DNA of 64,000 nt from a bacterium (GTDB lineage: Bacteria; Bacillota; Clostridia; Oscillospirales; Acutalibacteraceae): NCBI GenBank assembly GCA_037368805.1, contig JAXYDM010000009.1:1851-65850 (forward strand), given 5' to 3'. This document shows positions 38,246 to 48,502 of this stretch, one piece after another. The position numbers were made by a program, and so were the translations under genes. How positions within the stretch are numbered: position 1 is the first letter of the stretch; each line of letters starts with the position of its first letter. Below the pieces are notes generated by a model that saw only the letters and a list, made by a program, of their open reading frames with translations, made no database searches and was not told where the DNA came from.

Positions 38246-38309
38246 AAATTCCCACGGATAAAAATTTATCACCCTGCAACACTTTATAGTGAAAGCAGGG
38301 TGATTTTTT

Positions 38310-39524
38310 ATGCCTGGGCGCAGGAGTTTTATAAGGATAATATCATATTTGGTGGCGACGGCGGTGTGCCTTGCCGCCGCTGCAAGCGACGCCGCCAAAG
38401 CAAGGGGCGATTACGGCGAAGCTCTCGGGCGGGTGCGTATGTCGAGCCTTGTTTCGCTCTGCGAATATTCGTCGCAGCTCAGCGCGGGGCTGCGGGCGCT
38501 TGCCGTTTCGCCGGACGGCGGCACTGCCGACCCTGCGGCTTATGTCTGCTCAAAGGCGCTCGGCGCAAGGGGCGGCGCCGCAAGCTTTTCGGAGGATTCG
38601 GCGGGCAACATCCTCTATTTTCTCGACGGAGTTTATCGCTTTGCGGAGGAATTCCCCGATGAGCCGAGCGAAGAGAAGCGGGCGGCAGCGATAAGGCTCT
38701 CGGACTACGCGGGTGAGCTTTACGACCACCTGAGCGATGTTTCCGCCGCCGTGCTGAACGGCGACATCTCGCTGCTCGAGGGGGGCGACGCGGAATTCAT
38801 CGAGGATAAGCTCGACTTCTCAAACGGCAGCGAGGATGAGATCTTCCCGCTGATAGCCGTTTCCGTCTCCCCTGTCGGGTCGGCGGAGGCGGCCGTCTCC
38901 CGCGAGGCGGCAAGGGCTGCGGCAAGTGAGCTTTTCGGCGTGGAGGCGGCGCTCTGGCGGGGCGGCGAGACCGAGGAGCTCGGCGGAATTGAGGTCTATC
39001 GCTTCACCTACGGCTCGATGCTGGTCGATATCAGCACCTCGGGCGAGGTCGCGGCTTTCACGGTGGCCGAGCCGTGCAAGACCGCCGAAACAGGAGCGGA
39101 CAGCGCAGCCGCATCGGCGGCAAAATTCCTCAAAGAGCGTAATTTCCCCGAAATGGAGGAGATAAGCCGCTGCGAGCGTGAATTCCGTACCGAGCTTGAG
39201 TTTGCGCCCTGCGTCGGCGGAGTGCTGCATCTGGATTCCGCAGTCAAGGTCGCCGTTTGCCGCTGCTGCTCGGAGCTGATACGCTTCGATTGCTCCGAAT
39301 ACATCAAAAACTACCGTGAGACAATGGCTGTCGACGCAAAGCCCCGCCTTGCCCGACTGCTGCCCTCGGGATTTAGCCTTGAGCGTCAGCGGCTGTGCGT
39401 TGCGGATATCGACGGGCGGGCGCGCCTGTGTTACTTTGCGGAGTGTTCGTTCCGAAACGAAAAATTGCGGATGTATTTTGACTATTTTTCTCTGAAAGCG
39501 CTGAAAAGCGAGCCGATTTCATAA
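38310..39524 (+). CDS. YpeB-like germination/sporulation membrane protein (putative)
   Basis: 404 aa with an N-terminal TM helix. Overall layout and C-terminal PepSY-like segments (AAKFLKERNFPEMEE...VKVAVCRCCSELIRFDCSEY) parallel B. subtilis YpeB. Assignment is from memory. Confidence 0.4.
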   Translation: MPGRRSFIRIISYLVATAVCLAAAASDAAKARGDYGEALGRVRMSSLVSLCEYSSQLSAGLRALAVSPDGGTADPAAYVCSKALGARGGAASFSEDSAGNILYFLDGVYRFAEEFPDEPSEEKRAAAIRLSDYAGELYDHLSDVSAAVLNGDISLLEGGDAEFIEDKLDFSNGSEDEIFPLIAVSVSPVGSAEAAVSREAARAAASELFGVEAALWRGGETEELGGIEVYRFTYGSMLVDISTSGEVAAFTVAEPCKTAETGADSAAASAAKFLKERNFPEMEEISRCEREFRTELEFAPCVGGVLHLDSAVKVAVCRCCSELIRFDCSEYIKNYRETMAVDAKPRLARLLPSGFSLERQRLCVADIDGRARLCYFAECSFRNEKLRMYFDYFSLKALKSEPIS

Positions 39525-39532
39525 ATTTTATA

Positions 39533-39561
39533 TTGACAAGCCGGGTTTTGCAATGTATAAT
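39533..39561 (+). promoter_or_regulatory. consensus sigma-A promoter driving the TPP riboswitch
   Basis: TTGACA (39533-39538), 17-nt spacer, TATAAT (39556-39561). Confidence 0.65.
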
Positions 39562-39564
39562 GTA

Positions 39565-39645
39565 GCTAACAAAGGGGTGCTGACGGCAGTCGGCTGAGAT
39601 CATACCCTCAAACCTGATCCCGATAATGCGGGCGTAGGAAAACAG
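39565..39645 (+). promoter_or_regulatory. TPP (THI-box) riboswitch aptamer
   Basis: GGGGTGC (39574-39580), CTGAGA (39594-39599), ACCC, AACCTGATCC, CGATAATGCGGGCGTAGGAA. These are all conserved THI-element blocks in the correct order. Confidence 0.85.
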
Positions 39646-39665
39646 CCTCTGTGCAATTTTTACGT

Positions 39666-39694
39666 CCGGTACGATATCTGTACTGGCTTTTTTA
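39666..39694 (+). terminator. riboswitch expression-platform terminator
   Basis: CCGGTAC (39666-39672) / GTACTGG (39680-39686) followed by TTTTTT. Confidence 0.65.
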
Positions 39695-39757
39695 TTTCCT
39701 CAGGCTGCGGCGCACCGGATCGGTTCCCCCGAACAATCCGAAAAGAGGTCAAATTCA

Positions 39758-40354
39758 ATGTCAAACACCGGTTCAAACAAAAAAACGGTAATCCTTGCCG
39801 AGGGTGCGATAATGGTCGCCCTCTCCATCGCTCTCTTTGCCGTATCCGATCTTATCCCCTGGCCGTATGCCTACGGCGGCGGCTTCAGCATCTTTGCACA
39901 GGTGCCGATAGTCATCTACTCCTACCGCAGAGGCATCAAGAACGGCGTCGCCGCTTCCCTTGTGCTCTCGGTATTCCAGCTCCTGACCGGGCTTAAAAAC
40001 TTCGCATGGGTCTCGGGCATAGGCGCTTATCTGATAGTCGCCCTCGCCGACTACATCGTAGCCTTCGGCTGCCTCGGTCTCGGCGGTATGTTCAAGGGCA
40101 AATTCAAAAATCCCACCGCGGAGCTTGCGCTCGGCAGCGTGGTCGTTTGCCTTATCCGTTTCGTCTGCCACTACATCAGCGGCGTGACCATCTGGACGGA
40201 TTACTGCCCCGCGGACATGGTAGTACCCGTTTATTCGCTGCTCTACAACGGCTCATATATGCTCATTGAGACGATAATCACCGTTATCGGCGCAGTCGCC
40301 CTGAGCAAAGTCCCCGCCGTCATCAATGTGAACGGCAAGGCATCTAAAAACTGA
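39758..40354 (+). CDS. thiT: thiamine ECF-transporter S component ThiT
   Basis: 198 aa with 6 TM helices, directly behind the TPP riboswitch. ThiT-like VILAEGAIMVALSIAL. Confidence 0.8.
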   Translation: MSNTGSNKKTVILAEGAIMVALSIALFAVSDLIPWPYAYGGGFSIFAQVPIVIYSYRRGIKNGVAASLVLSVFQLLTGLKNFAWVSGIGAYLIVALADYIVAFGCLGLGGMFKGKFKNPTAELALGSVVVCLIRFVCHYISGVTIWTDYCPADMVVPVYSLLYNGSYMLIETIITVIGAVALSKVPAVINVNGKASKN

Positions 40355-40381
40355 CAATCTCCTCCTCCTCGTTTGTGAAGA

Positions 40382-40415
40382 AATACCCCCGGGACAGCAG
40401 CCGGGGGTATTTTGC
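40382..40415 (+). terminator. thiT terminator
   Basis: AATACCCCCGG (40382-40392) / CCGGGGGTATT (40401-40411). Confidence 0.65.
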
Positions 40416-40419
40416 ATAC

Positions 40420-40448
40420 AAAAAGAACCGCCTCAATGAGACGGTTCT
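40420..40448 (-). terminator. pnp terminator
   Basis: GAACCG (40425-40430) / CGGTTC (40442-40447), followed on the minus strand by TTTTT. Confidence 0.55.
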
Positions 40449-40459
40449 TAATTTTTAAA

Positions 40460-42655
40460 TCAGTCGTTGGTTCTTCTGGGTCTGCCGCCTCTTTCGCCTC
40501 TGAAGTCTCTTCTGGGCTTCCTGGGAGCGTCGGATACGGTGTTCTCGGGCACAAGCCCTTCGACCTCGATAAGAGCATCGCGGCGAGAGAAGTTCAGCCT
40601 GCCCTGGTCGTCCTTCGGCAGCACCTTAACGATAACCTCGTCGCCGACATGAACTGCGTCCTCGACCTTCTCGGTCCTCTTAACGTCAAGCTGGCTGATG
40701 TGGACCATGCCCTCCTTGCCGGGAGCTATTTCGACGAATGCGCCGAAGCTCATCAGGCGGGTAACGACGCCCTTGTAGATAGCGCCGACCTCGGGATCGT
40801 TGGCAATGGTCTCAATGATGGATATCGCTCTCTTTGCGTCGTCGATATCTGTGGAGGAAACAAAGATGTTACCGTCCTCCTGAACGTCGATCTTGCAGTT
40901 GCACTCGGCGCAGATCTTCTGGATGACCTTGCCCTGCTTGCCGATGACGTCGCCGATCTTCTCGGGGTCGATCTTGGTGGTGAGCATCTTGGGCGCCCAC
41001 TTTGACAACTCCTTGCGGGGCTCGGCGATAACGGGAGCCATTACTTCGTCAAGGATGTAGCAGCGAGCCTTATAGGTCTTCTCGAGAGCCTCTCTGATGA
41101 TAGCGGGGGTAAGGCCGTGTACCTTGAGATCCATCTGAATGGAAGTGATGCCCTTCTTGGTGCCGGCAACTTTGAAGTCCATGTCGCCGAAGAAATCCTC
41201 AAGACCCTGGATATCAACCATGGTCATGAAGCGGTCGCCCTCGGTGATAAGGCCGCAGGAGATACCCGCAACGGGAGCCTTAATAGGCACGCCAGCCGCC
41301 ATAAGCGAAAGGGTCGAGCCGCAGACGGAGCCCTGAGAGGTGGAGCCGTTGGAGGAAAGAACCTCGGAGACGACTCTGATGGTGTAGGGGAACTCCTCGA
41401 CCGAGGGGAGAACGGGGATCAGCGAACGCTCTGCAAGAGCGCCGTGACCGATCTCACGCCTGCCGGGGCCTCTGCTGGGCTTGGTCTCGCCGACGGAGTA
41501 GGAGGGGAAGTTGTAGTGATGCATATAACGCTTGGTGTCCTCTTCGTCAAGGCCGTCAAGCATCTGAGCGTCGCTCATGGGGCCGAGGGTGGTAACGGAG
41601 AGCACCTGAGTCTGACCTCTGGTGAACATGCCCGAGCCGTGAACTCTGTCAAGCAGGTCAATCTCGGCGTTAAGAGGACGGATCTCGTTGATGCCTCTGC
41701 CGTCAACACGCTTGCCGTCGTCGAGCAGCCAGCGGCGCACGACGTACTTCTGAACCTTATACAGGCACTCGTCGATCTTGACCTGCATATCGGGATAAAT
41801 CTCATCGAATTTCTCGTGAACCTTCTCGTAAACGGGCTTCAGGCGCTCGTCACGGATTCTCTTGTCATCGGTATCGAGGGCGGCGCGGATATCCTCTATC
41901 GCAAAGTCCTTGATAGCCTCGTACATATCGGGATCGGGGTCGTTTGAGGGGAAATCTACCTTCGGCTTGCCGCACTCGGCCTTTATCTGATTGATGAATT
42001 CAACAAGTCTCTGATTCTCTTTGTGGGCGAACATGATGCCGTCAAACATATCGTCGTTGGAGACTTCGTTTGCGCCCGCCTCGATCATTGCGACAAGGTC
42101 AGCGGTGGAGGCGACGGTGACATACATATCGCTCTTTGCTCTCTGCTCGAGAGTGGGGTTGATGACATACTGACCGTCAACAAGGCCGACAACAACGCCT
42201 GCGATGGGGCCGTCCCAGGGGATCTCGGAGATCGAGATAGCGATGGAAACGCCGAGCATAGCGGTGATCTCGGGCTGGCAGTCGGGGTCAACGGACATAA
42301 CGGTGGCGACAACGCCCACGTCGTTCCTCATATCCTTGGGGAAAAGGGGACGGATGGGTCTGTCGATAACGCGGGAGGCGAGGGTCGCCTTCTCGCTCGC
42401 TCTGCCCTCACGGCGCTGGAACGAGCCGGGGATCTTGCCTACCGAATAAAGCTTCTCTTCGTAGTCGACCGAAAGAGGGAAGAAATCGACACCCTCTCTG
42501 GGTTTCGCAGCCATGGTAGCGGTGCAGAGCACGTTGGTCTCGCCGTAGCGGACAAGGCAGGAGCCGCCCGCAAGCTGAGCCATCTTGCCGACCTCGACCA
42601 CAAACGGTCTGCCGGCGATCTCAGTTTCATACTTCTTGAAAGCTTTGAAAAACAT
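40460..42655 (-). CDS. pnp: polyribonucleotide nucleotidyltransferase (PNPase)
   Basis: 731 aa with two RNase PH domains, KH and S1 domains, and an Arg-rich tail. Confidence 0.95.
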   Translation of the reverse strand: MFFKAFKKYETEIAGRPFVVEVGKMAQLAGGSCLVRYGETNVLCTATMAAKPREGVDFFPLSVDYEEKLYSVGKIPGSFQRREGRASEKATLASRVIDRPIRPLFPKDMRNDVGVVATVMSVDPDCQPEITAMLGVSIAISISEIPWDGPIAGVVVGLVDGQYVINPTLEQRAKSDMYVTVASTADLVAMIEAGANEVSNDDMFDGIMFAHKENQRLVEFINQIKAECGKPKVDFPSNDPDPDMYEAIKDFAIEDIRAALDTDDKRIRDERLKPVYEKVHEKFDEIYPDMQVKIDECLYKVQKYVVRRWLLDDGKRVDGRGINEIRPLNAEIDLLDRVHGSGMFTRGQTQVLSVTTLGPMSDAQMLDGLDEEDTKRYMHHYNFPSYSVGETKPSRGPGRREIGHGALAERSLIPVLPSVEEFPYTIRVVSEVLSSNGSTSQGSVCGSTLSLMAAGVPIKAPVAGISCGLITEGDRFMTMVDIQGLEDFFGDMDFKVAGTKKGITSIQMDLKVHGLTPAIIREALEKTYKARCYILDEVMAPVIAEPRKELSKWAPKMLTTKIDPEKIGDVIGKQGKVIQKICAECNCKIDVQEDGNIFVSSTDIDDAKRAISIIETIANDPEVGAIYKGVVTRLMSFGAFVEIAPGKEGMVHISQLDVKRTEKVEDAVHVGDEVIVKVLPKDDQGRLNFSRRDALIEVEGLVPENTVSDAPRKPRRDFRGERGGRPRRTND

Positions 42656-42791
42656 TTTTTTACCTCTCTGTAATTTATTTCTACAGGCGGCTGCGGTTTA
42701 GCAATAAATCCAAACTCCGACCCTTGCGGAGGCTCGATTCACTGCTAAGACCGTTTTATGCCGCCTGAAAGATGCGAATTCAAACATAACA

Positions 42792-42822
42792 GAGCAGGCG
42801 GGAAACAAAATCCTGCCTGCTC
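42792..42822 (-). terminator. rpsO-pnp intergenic hairpin (attenuator/partial terminator)
   Basis: GAGCAGGC (42792-42799) / GCCTGCTC (42815-42822). No clean U-tract. Confidence 0.35.
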
Positions 42823-42833
42823 CGAACCTTGAA

Positions 42834-43097
42834 TTATTTACGGATACCGAGTCTTGCGATGATCGCACGGTAACGCTCGATGTCAACCTTCTGCAGGTAA
42901 GCGAGGAGGTTTCTTCTGTGACCGACCATCATTAGAAGTCCTCTTCTGGAGTGGTGGTCCTTCTTGTGAACCTTCAGGTGCTCGGTGAGGTCGTTGATCC
43001 TCTTGGTGAGGACGGCTATCTGAACCTCGGGTGAGCCTGTGTCGCCCTCGTGAAGGGCGTATTCCTGCATGATTGCGGTCTTTTCTGCCTGTGTCAT
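42834..43097 (-). CDS. rpsO: 30S ribosomal protein S15
   Basis: ATG at 43097 follows GAGGTG. Starts [55 protein letters not shown]. Confidence 0.95.
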   Translation of the reverse strand: MTQAEKTAIMQEYALHEGDTGSPEVQIAVLTKRINDLTEHLKVHKKDHHSRRGLLMMVGHRRNLLAYLQKVDIERYRAIIARLGIRK

Positions 43098-43201
43098 TTC
43101 TTTCACCTCATTAAAATATTTGCCTCGCACTCAGAAGCCGGCAGGTGAATACCGCTCGGCGGTTTACTCCGGAATCCGAGAAACGGGCACGTGCAAAAGA
43201 G

Positions 43202-43230
43202 ATTATATCATACCGCCGCCGCAATGTAAA
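43202..43230 (-). promoter_or_regulatory. rpsO promoter
   Basis: On the minus strand: TTTACA (43225-43230), 17-nt spacer, TGa-TATAAT (43202-43207). Leaves a leader of about 95 nt that could hold an S15 autoregulatory structure. Confidence 0.55.
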
Positions 43231-43295
43231 GAGTTTTTTTAATTTTTCAAACAAAAAAGCGCAATATAATATGCCGTTCCGGAACAAACCACAGC

Positions 43296-43354
43296 TCTAT
43301 CGGCAAAATTCACGGAATTTTTCTCGCATTTTTTATTTGTTTTTTGCCGATAGA
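43296..43354. repeat. 59-nt inverted-repeat unit, copy 1
   Basis: Perfect 13-bp arms TCTATCGGCAAAA (43296-43308) / TTTTGCCGATAGA (43342-43354). Confidence 0.8.
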
Positions 43355-43404
43355 TTTGCGTGTGAAGCCCGAATATCCGTATATATCAACAAACACATCG
43401 GTTT

Positions 43405-43460
43405 TCTATCGGCAAAATTTCAATGGTTTTGTGCTGAATTCAGTCTATTTTTTGCCGATA
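43405..43460. repeat. inverted-repeat unit, copy 2
   Basis: TCTATCGGCAAAA (43405-43417) / TTTTGCCGATA (43450-43460). Same arms as copy 1 but an unrelated loop. Confidence 0.8.
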
Positions 43461-43610
43461 ACTTTTTATCACCTCGGGCGGCTGCGGCATAGTATGGTTT
43501 GTGGGGAAGCCATTCTCCAAAACAAGGCGGCTGCCGTCATCGGTGGCTTTTGCAGCCCGTGGGGAGCCGGGTGGACACAGCGCAGCCGCCATCACATATC
43601 GGCGGAGCGA

Positions 43611-44297
43611 TCAATCCGTGTCGGCGGCGCCGACCTTATTGAGCGCCTTGAGCGGGTCGACCGTTTCGCCGTCGATAAGCACCTCGAGATGCAGGTGATC
43701 CTCGTCGCTTATCTCGACGGGGATATGCCCGAGCGAGCCTATCTTATCATATTTTTTGACCTCGCTGCCCTCGGGCAGGCAGCTCCCGCTTTTAAGCCCG
43801 CAGTAGCGAGCCGTCATGCCGTTGCCGTGGTCTATCTCAACGACCGTGCCCCAAAAGCTGTCGTCATAGACTGCGGTGACGGTGCCGTCACCGGCGGCGA
43901 CCACGTCGTTGCCCGCGCTGCCGCCGAAATCAACGCCGTTATGGATCCGCCAGTCGCCCATCGTCTTTGACCGCACCATCTCGCCGTTGCTGTAATCCTT
44001 GATGATATCCGAGCCCATCGGCAGGGCGAAATCGCCCGAATAGGGCTTGTTGCGCTCTATCGCCTCGGTGCTCTGCTCGGCGGAGTGAAGCCTGTTATCC
44101 TCAACGCCGGTCTGCTCCGCGTTGACCCTCTCCTCGGTGGCGGGCACCGTCCATTTATACGTCACCCGTGTGAAGCCCGTTTCCTCGGGCTTTTTCTTTA
44201 TTATCGCCGTCTTGACGCTGACTATCGAGCCGACCGCCACGGCGGCAAGGCAGACAAACAGCGCGAAATAGATATTTGAATACTTCTTCTTTTTCAA
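43611..44297 (-). CDS. membrane-anchored M23/LytM family metallopeptidase (SpoIIQ-like architecture)
   Basis: 228 aa with an N-terminal TM helix. Contains HNGVDFGG, DHGNG and an intact HLHLEV metal motif. Confidence 0.75.
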   Translation of the reverse strand: MKKKKYSNIYFALFVCLAAVAVGSIVSVKTAIIKKKPEETGFTRVTYKWTVPATEERVNAEQTGVEDNRLHSAEQSTEAIERNKPYSGDFALPMGSDIIKDYSNGEMVRSKTMGDWRIHNGVDFGGSAGNDVVAAGDGTVTAVYDDSFWGTVVEIDHGNGMTARYCGLKSGSCLPEGSEVKKYDKIGSLGHIPVEISDEDHLHLEVLIDGETVDPLKALNKVGAADTD

Positions 44298-44502
44298 TGC
44301 AATGACCTCTTTTCGTTTTCTTCACCGATATTTTCGTCTGCACGGCGGTCATTTATTCCCCGACGGGTCGTTTTTTCAAAAAATCATGCCATTTGAAGCG
44401 AAAATTTACATTTTGCTCTTGATAGTTGCCGAGTTTTCTGCAATAATAAAGAAGTATATATTATAATGGCAGTCTGCCTGCCGAAACGGAGCGTGTATCT
44501 TT

Positions 44503-46170
44503 TTGGATCAGAACAAAAATCTGGCGGAGCTTCTTTTTCCGCACATAGACAAGACCCCCGAGTATTATGAAGCCCTTTATCCGCAGCGACAGCTTCCCGA
44601 GGGTGCGAGGGTGACCCGTTTCGCCCCATCGCCCACAGGCTATCTTCATATCGGCGGCCTTTTCGGCGCTCTTGTGGACGTTCTCACCGCCAGATCGACG
44701 GGCGGCGTTGCCTACCTGAGAATTGAGGATACCGACAAAAAGCGTGAGATAGACGACGGCGTTTCCGCCATCATCAACGGCTTCGACTACTTCGGAGTCG
44801 CCTTTGACGAGGGCGTGACCGGCTTCGGCACCGAGAAGGGCGACTACGGCCCCTACACCCAGAGCCACAGAGCCGAGATATATCAGACCATCGCAAAGAG
44901 CCTTGTGGAGAAAGGTCTCGCCTACCCCTGCTTCTGCACGGCGGACGAGCTTGCCGCCATCCGCGAGGAGCAGACAAAGGGCGACGCTCTCATCTGGGGC
45001 TACTTCGGCAAATGGGCCAAGTGCCGCGACCTCAGCCTTGAGGAGATAGAGAAAAATCTCGCCGAGGGCAAGCCGTGGGTGCTTCGCCTGCGTTCGCAGG
45101 GCAGCGAGGATAAAAAGATAGTATTCGACGACATTATCAGAGGCAAGATAGAGATGCCCGAGAACATAATCGACGAGGTGCTGCTCAAATCCGACGGCAT
45201 ACCCACCTATCACTTCGCCCATGTATGCGACGACCATTTCATGAGGACGACCCATGTTATCAGGGGCGAGGAATGGATATCCTCCGTCCCGAAGCATATC
45301 GAGCTTTTCAGAGCCTGCGGCTACAAGGCTCCGAAATATGCACACACCCCGCAGGTGCTCAAGGTCGACGAGGAGACCGGCGACAAGCGGAAGCTCTCAA
45401 AGAGAAAGGACCCCGAGGCGGCCGTCGGCTACTTCATCGAGGGCGGCTTCCCCAAGGAGAGCGTGCTCGAATACCTGCTCACTCTTATAAACTCCAACTT
45501 CGAGGATTGGCGCAGAGCAAATCCGAGAGAGGATATATCAAAATTCCCGTTCAATCTGAAGAAGATGAGCGCAAGCGGCTGCCTGTTTGACCTCGTGAAG
45601 CTCAACGACGTGAGCAAAAACGTGATATCGCTCATGAACGCCGACAAGGTCTACGCCGACGTGGCTGCATGGGCCGAGAAATATGATAAAGAATTCTATG
45701 ATATCTTTACCGCCGACCCTGCCCGCTCAACAGCGATAGTCAACATCGACCGCGAGAATCCCAAGCCCCGCAAGGATATAGCCAAGTGGAGCGAGGTCAG
45801 GGACTATGTCGCCTACTTCTTCCCCGAGCTTTACAAGCCCGACTTCACCCTGCCCGAGAATATCAGCCGTTCCGACGCCGCGGCGATAGTCGAGAAATAT
45901 CTCGGCGAATTCTCGCTTGCGGACGATAAAGACCAATGGTTCGCCCGCATCAAGGGTATGTGCGAGCCGCTTGGCTTCACCCCGAATGTTAAAGAATACA
46001 AGAAAAACCCCGAGAGCTACAAGGGTCATGTCGGCGACGTTTCATCCGTCATACGCATTGCCCTCACCTCCCGCCGCAACACGCCCGACCTCTATTCGAT
46101 AATGGCGCTGCTCGGCGAGGATGAGATAAAGGCAAGGCTCGGCGCAGCGCTCAAAGCTTATACAGAATAA
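44503..46170 (+). CDS. gltX: glutamate--tRNA ligase
   Basis: 555 aa. Contains RFAPSPTGYLHIGG (HIGH) and KLSKRK (KMSKS). TTG start. Confidence 0.85.
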   Translation: MDQNKNLAELLFPHIDKTPEYYEALYPQRQLPEGARVTRFAPSPTGYLHIGGLFGALVDVLTARSTGGVAYLRIEDTDKKREIDDGVSAIINGFDYFGVAFDEGVTGFGTEKGDYGPYTQSHRAEIYQTIAKSLVEKGLAYPCFCTADELAAIREEQTKGDALIWGYFGKWAKCRDLSLEEIEKNLAEGKPWVLRLRSQGSEDKKIVFDDIIRGKIEMPENIIDEVLLKSDGIPTYHFAHVCDDHFMRTTHVIRGEEWISSVPKHIELFRACGYKAPKYAHTPQVLKVDEETGDKRKLSKRKDPEAAVGYFIEGGFPKESVLEYLLTLINSNFEDWRRANPREDISKFPFNLKKMSASGCLFDLVKLNDVSKNVISLMNADKVYADVAAWAEKYDKEFYDIFTADPARSTAIVNIDRENPKPRKDIAKWSEVRDYVAYFFPELYKPDFTLPENISRSDAAAIVEKYLGEFSLADDKDQWFARIKGMCEPLGFTPNVKEYKKNPESYKGHVGDVSSVIRIALTSRRNTPDLYSIMALLGEDEIKARLGAALKAYTE

Positions 46171-46182
46171 AGAGAGGATACA

Positions 46183-47847
46183 TTGAAAATGGACGAAATC
46201 AACACTTCCGCATCAAACTTTATATATGATTTTATTGATGAAGATCTCAAGAACGGGGTCAACACCAGAGTTCAGACCCGTTTCCCACCCGAGCCGAACG
46301 GCTACCTGCATATCGGCCACGCAAAGGCTATCTGCATAGATTTCAGCACGGCGGAGAAATACGGCGGCGAATGCAACCTGCGCCTTGACGACACCAACCC
46401 CTCCAAGGAGGACGTCGAGTATGTCGACGCCATCAAGGAGGATATCGAGTGGCTCGGCTACAAGTGGAATAAGGTCCTCTACGCCTCCAGCTACTTTGAC
46501 TTCATCTATGAATGCGCCGTCAAGCTCATAAAAAAGGGCAAGGCTTATGTCTGCGACCTTTCCGCCGACGAGATAAGGGAATACAGAGGCACCCTCACCG
46601 AGCCGGGTAAAAACAGCCCCTACAGAGAGCGCTCGATCGAGGAGAATCTTGACCTCTTCGCAAGAATGACCGCCGGCGAATTCAAGGACGGCGAAAAGAC
46701 CCTGAGAGCAAAGATAGATATGTCCTCCCCCAACATCAACATGAGGGACCCCGTTATCTACCGTATCGCTCACATCCATCATCATCAGACCGGCGACAAA
46801 TGGTGCGTCTACCCGATGTATGACTTCGCTCATCCCCTCTCGGACGCAAAAGAGGGCGTTACCTACTCCCTCTGCTCGCTGGAATTCGAGAATCACAGAC
46901 CTCTTTACGACTGGTTCATCAAGGAGATCGGCTTCGATGAGCCGCCGAGACAGATAGAATTCGCCCGCCTCAACATCAACTACTGCGTGACCAGCAAGAG
47001 AAAGTGCCTTGAAATGGTCAAAAAAGGCATCGTTGACGGCTGGGACGACCCGAGAATGGTCACCCTCTGCGGCATGAGGCGCAGGGGCTACCCCGCGGCG
47101 GCTATCCGCGAATTCATCAACAGGATCGGCGTTTCAAAGGCTTACAGCGTTGTCGATTACGGCCTGCTCGAGGCCTGCGTCAGAGATAACCTGAACGCCA
47201 ACGCCCCCAGAGCCATGGCGGTGCTCAGGCCCCTCAAGGTCATCATCGACAACTACCCCGAGGGTCAGACCGAGGCCATCGAGGTCGAGATAAACCCCGA
47301 CAAGCCCGAGCTCGGCACAAGGACGGTGCATTTCTCAAGGGAGATATTCGTCGAGCGCGACGACTTCATGGTTGAGCCGCCGAAGAAATATTTCAGGCTC
47401 TTCCCCGGCAATGAAGTTCGCCTCAAGAGCGCGTATTTCGTCACCTGCACCGGCTGGGAAGCCGATGACGACGGCAACATCACCTGCCTGCACTGCACCT
47501 ATGACCCCGCCACCAAGGGCGGCGACGCACCCGACGGCAGGAAGGTCAGGGGCACCCTCCACTGGGTCAGCGCCGCGGACTGCGCAGAGTGCGAAATACG
47601 CCTTTACGACCGTCTGTTCAACACCGAGAACCCCGCGGGCGAGGAGGGCGTCGATTACCTCGATAATCTGAACCCGAATTCGCTCGAGATCCTCAGCGGC
47701 TGCCTTGTCGAGGGCGGTCTCAAGGACGCAAAGTGCGGCGACACCTTCCAGTTCATGCGCCAGGGCTACTTCTGCGTGGATAAGACCTCGCAGCCCGGCA
47801 AGCTCGTATTCAACCGCACCGTGGCTCTCAACTCCTCTTGGAAATAA
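46183..47847 (+). CDS. glnS: glutamine--tRNA ligase
   Basis: 554 aa. Contains [17 protein letters not shown] and VTSKRK, with a GlnRS-type C-terminal beta-barrel region. Start is TTG at 46183 or ATG at 46189. Confidence 0.9.
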   Translation: MKMDEINTSASNFIYDFIDEDLKNGVNTRVQTRFPPEPNGYLHIGHAKAICIDFSTAEKYGGECNLRLDDTNPSKEDVEYVDAIKEDIEWLGYKWNKVLYASSYFDFIYECAVKLIKKGKAYVCDLSADEIREYRGTLTEPGKNSPYRERSIEENLDLFARMTAGEFKDGEKTLRAKIDMSSPNINMRDPVIYRIAHIHHHQTGDKWCVYPMYDFAHPLSDAKEGVTYSLCSLEFENHRPLYDWFIKEIGFDEPPRQIEFARLNINYCVTSKRKCLEMVKKGIVDGWDDPRMVTLCGMRRRGYPAAAIREFINRIGVSKAYSVVDYGLLEACVRDNLNANAPRAMAVLRPLKVIIDNYPEGQTEAIEVEINPDKPELGTRTVHFSREIFVERDDFMVEPPKKYFRLFPGNEVRLKSAYFVTCTGWEADDDGNITCLHCTYDPATKGGDAPDGRKVRGTLHWVSAADCAECEIRLYDRLFNTENPAGEEGVDYLDNLNPNSLEILSGCLVEGGLKDAKCGDTFQFMRQGYFCVDKTSQPGKLVFNRTVALNSSWK

Positions 47848-47864
47848 TTTTAGGAGGCGCCTAA

Positions 47865-48488
47865 ATGAAATATCTGTATAGGATAGTGAATATAATTCTT
47901 GCGGCGCTGTTTTTCCCCGCCGTTTTCTTCCTCGACCTCATCTTTTTCAGAGCGTCCACCTCGCTGGCCAAATACGGCCTTGAGGAGAGCATCTCGCTCA
48001 AAAGAATAATTGATATCTTCACCGGCAACGACCCGCTGAGCAGCCTTGTCAAATCCGACAAGGGCTTCACCTGGCCCGAGGGGCTTGCCCCGCTCAACGC
48101 AAGGCTCATTGCGGCGGCGGTCGCCCTCGGCGTTGCGGCTTTGGCGGCGCTCTTTATCATCATTTTCTCCATTTGCAGCGGCAAACGCATCCCCGTCCTT
48201 GCGGCGGCTGGAGTCGGTCTCGCTGCGACGATAGTGATGATAGCCTGCTTCAACTCCGCAGCGGGCGACGTGGTCGACGGCACGGTCAACATCGTCAGCG
48301 CCATAGGCGGCTCGAGCCTCATTACCGCCCTTATCGGCGGCGTTGTCAGCATTGACAAGCTGATGCTCGGCGGCTTCCACAACGGACTTTTAATAATTTT
48401 CATTCTTTTGATCGTTTGGACTGCTTCTTATATGCTCATCGAGCTCGGCGACAAGTCCGCCGACGGTAAGAAGTCCAAATCACGCTGA
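47865..48488 (+). CDS. polytopic membrane protein, unknown function
   Basis: 207 aa with 5-6 TM helices. SD GGAGG lies upstream. Confidence 0.55.
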   Translation: MKYLYRIVNIILAALFFPAVFFLDLIFFRASTSLAKYGLEESISLKRIIDIFTGNDPLSSLVKSDKGFTWPEGLAPLNARLIAAAVALGVAALAALFIIIFSICSGKRIPVLAAAGVGLAATIVMIACFNSAAGDVVDGTVNIVSAIGGSSLITALIGGVVSIDKLMLGGFHNGLLIIFILLIVWTASYMLIELGDKSADGKKSKSR

Positions 48489-48502
48489 GGAGCGGTAACA
48501 AT

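Noticed and set aside
43145-43970. ORFs 43145-43492 (+) and 43344-43970 (+) in the rpsO-M23 spacer.
   Set aside because: There is no SD, and they run through the inverted-repeat units and antisense to the M23 peptidase gene. The composition is not protein-like.
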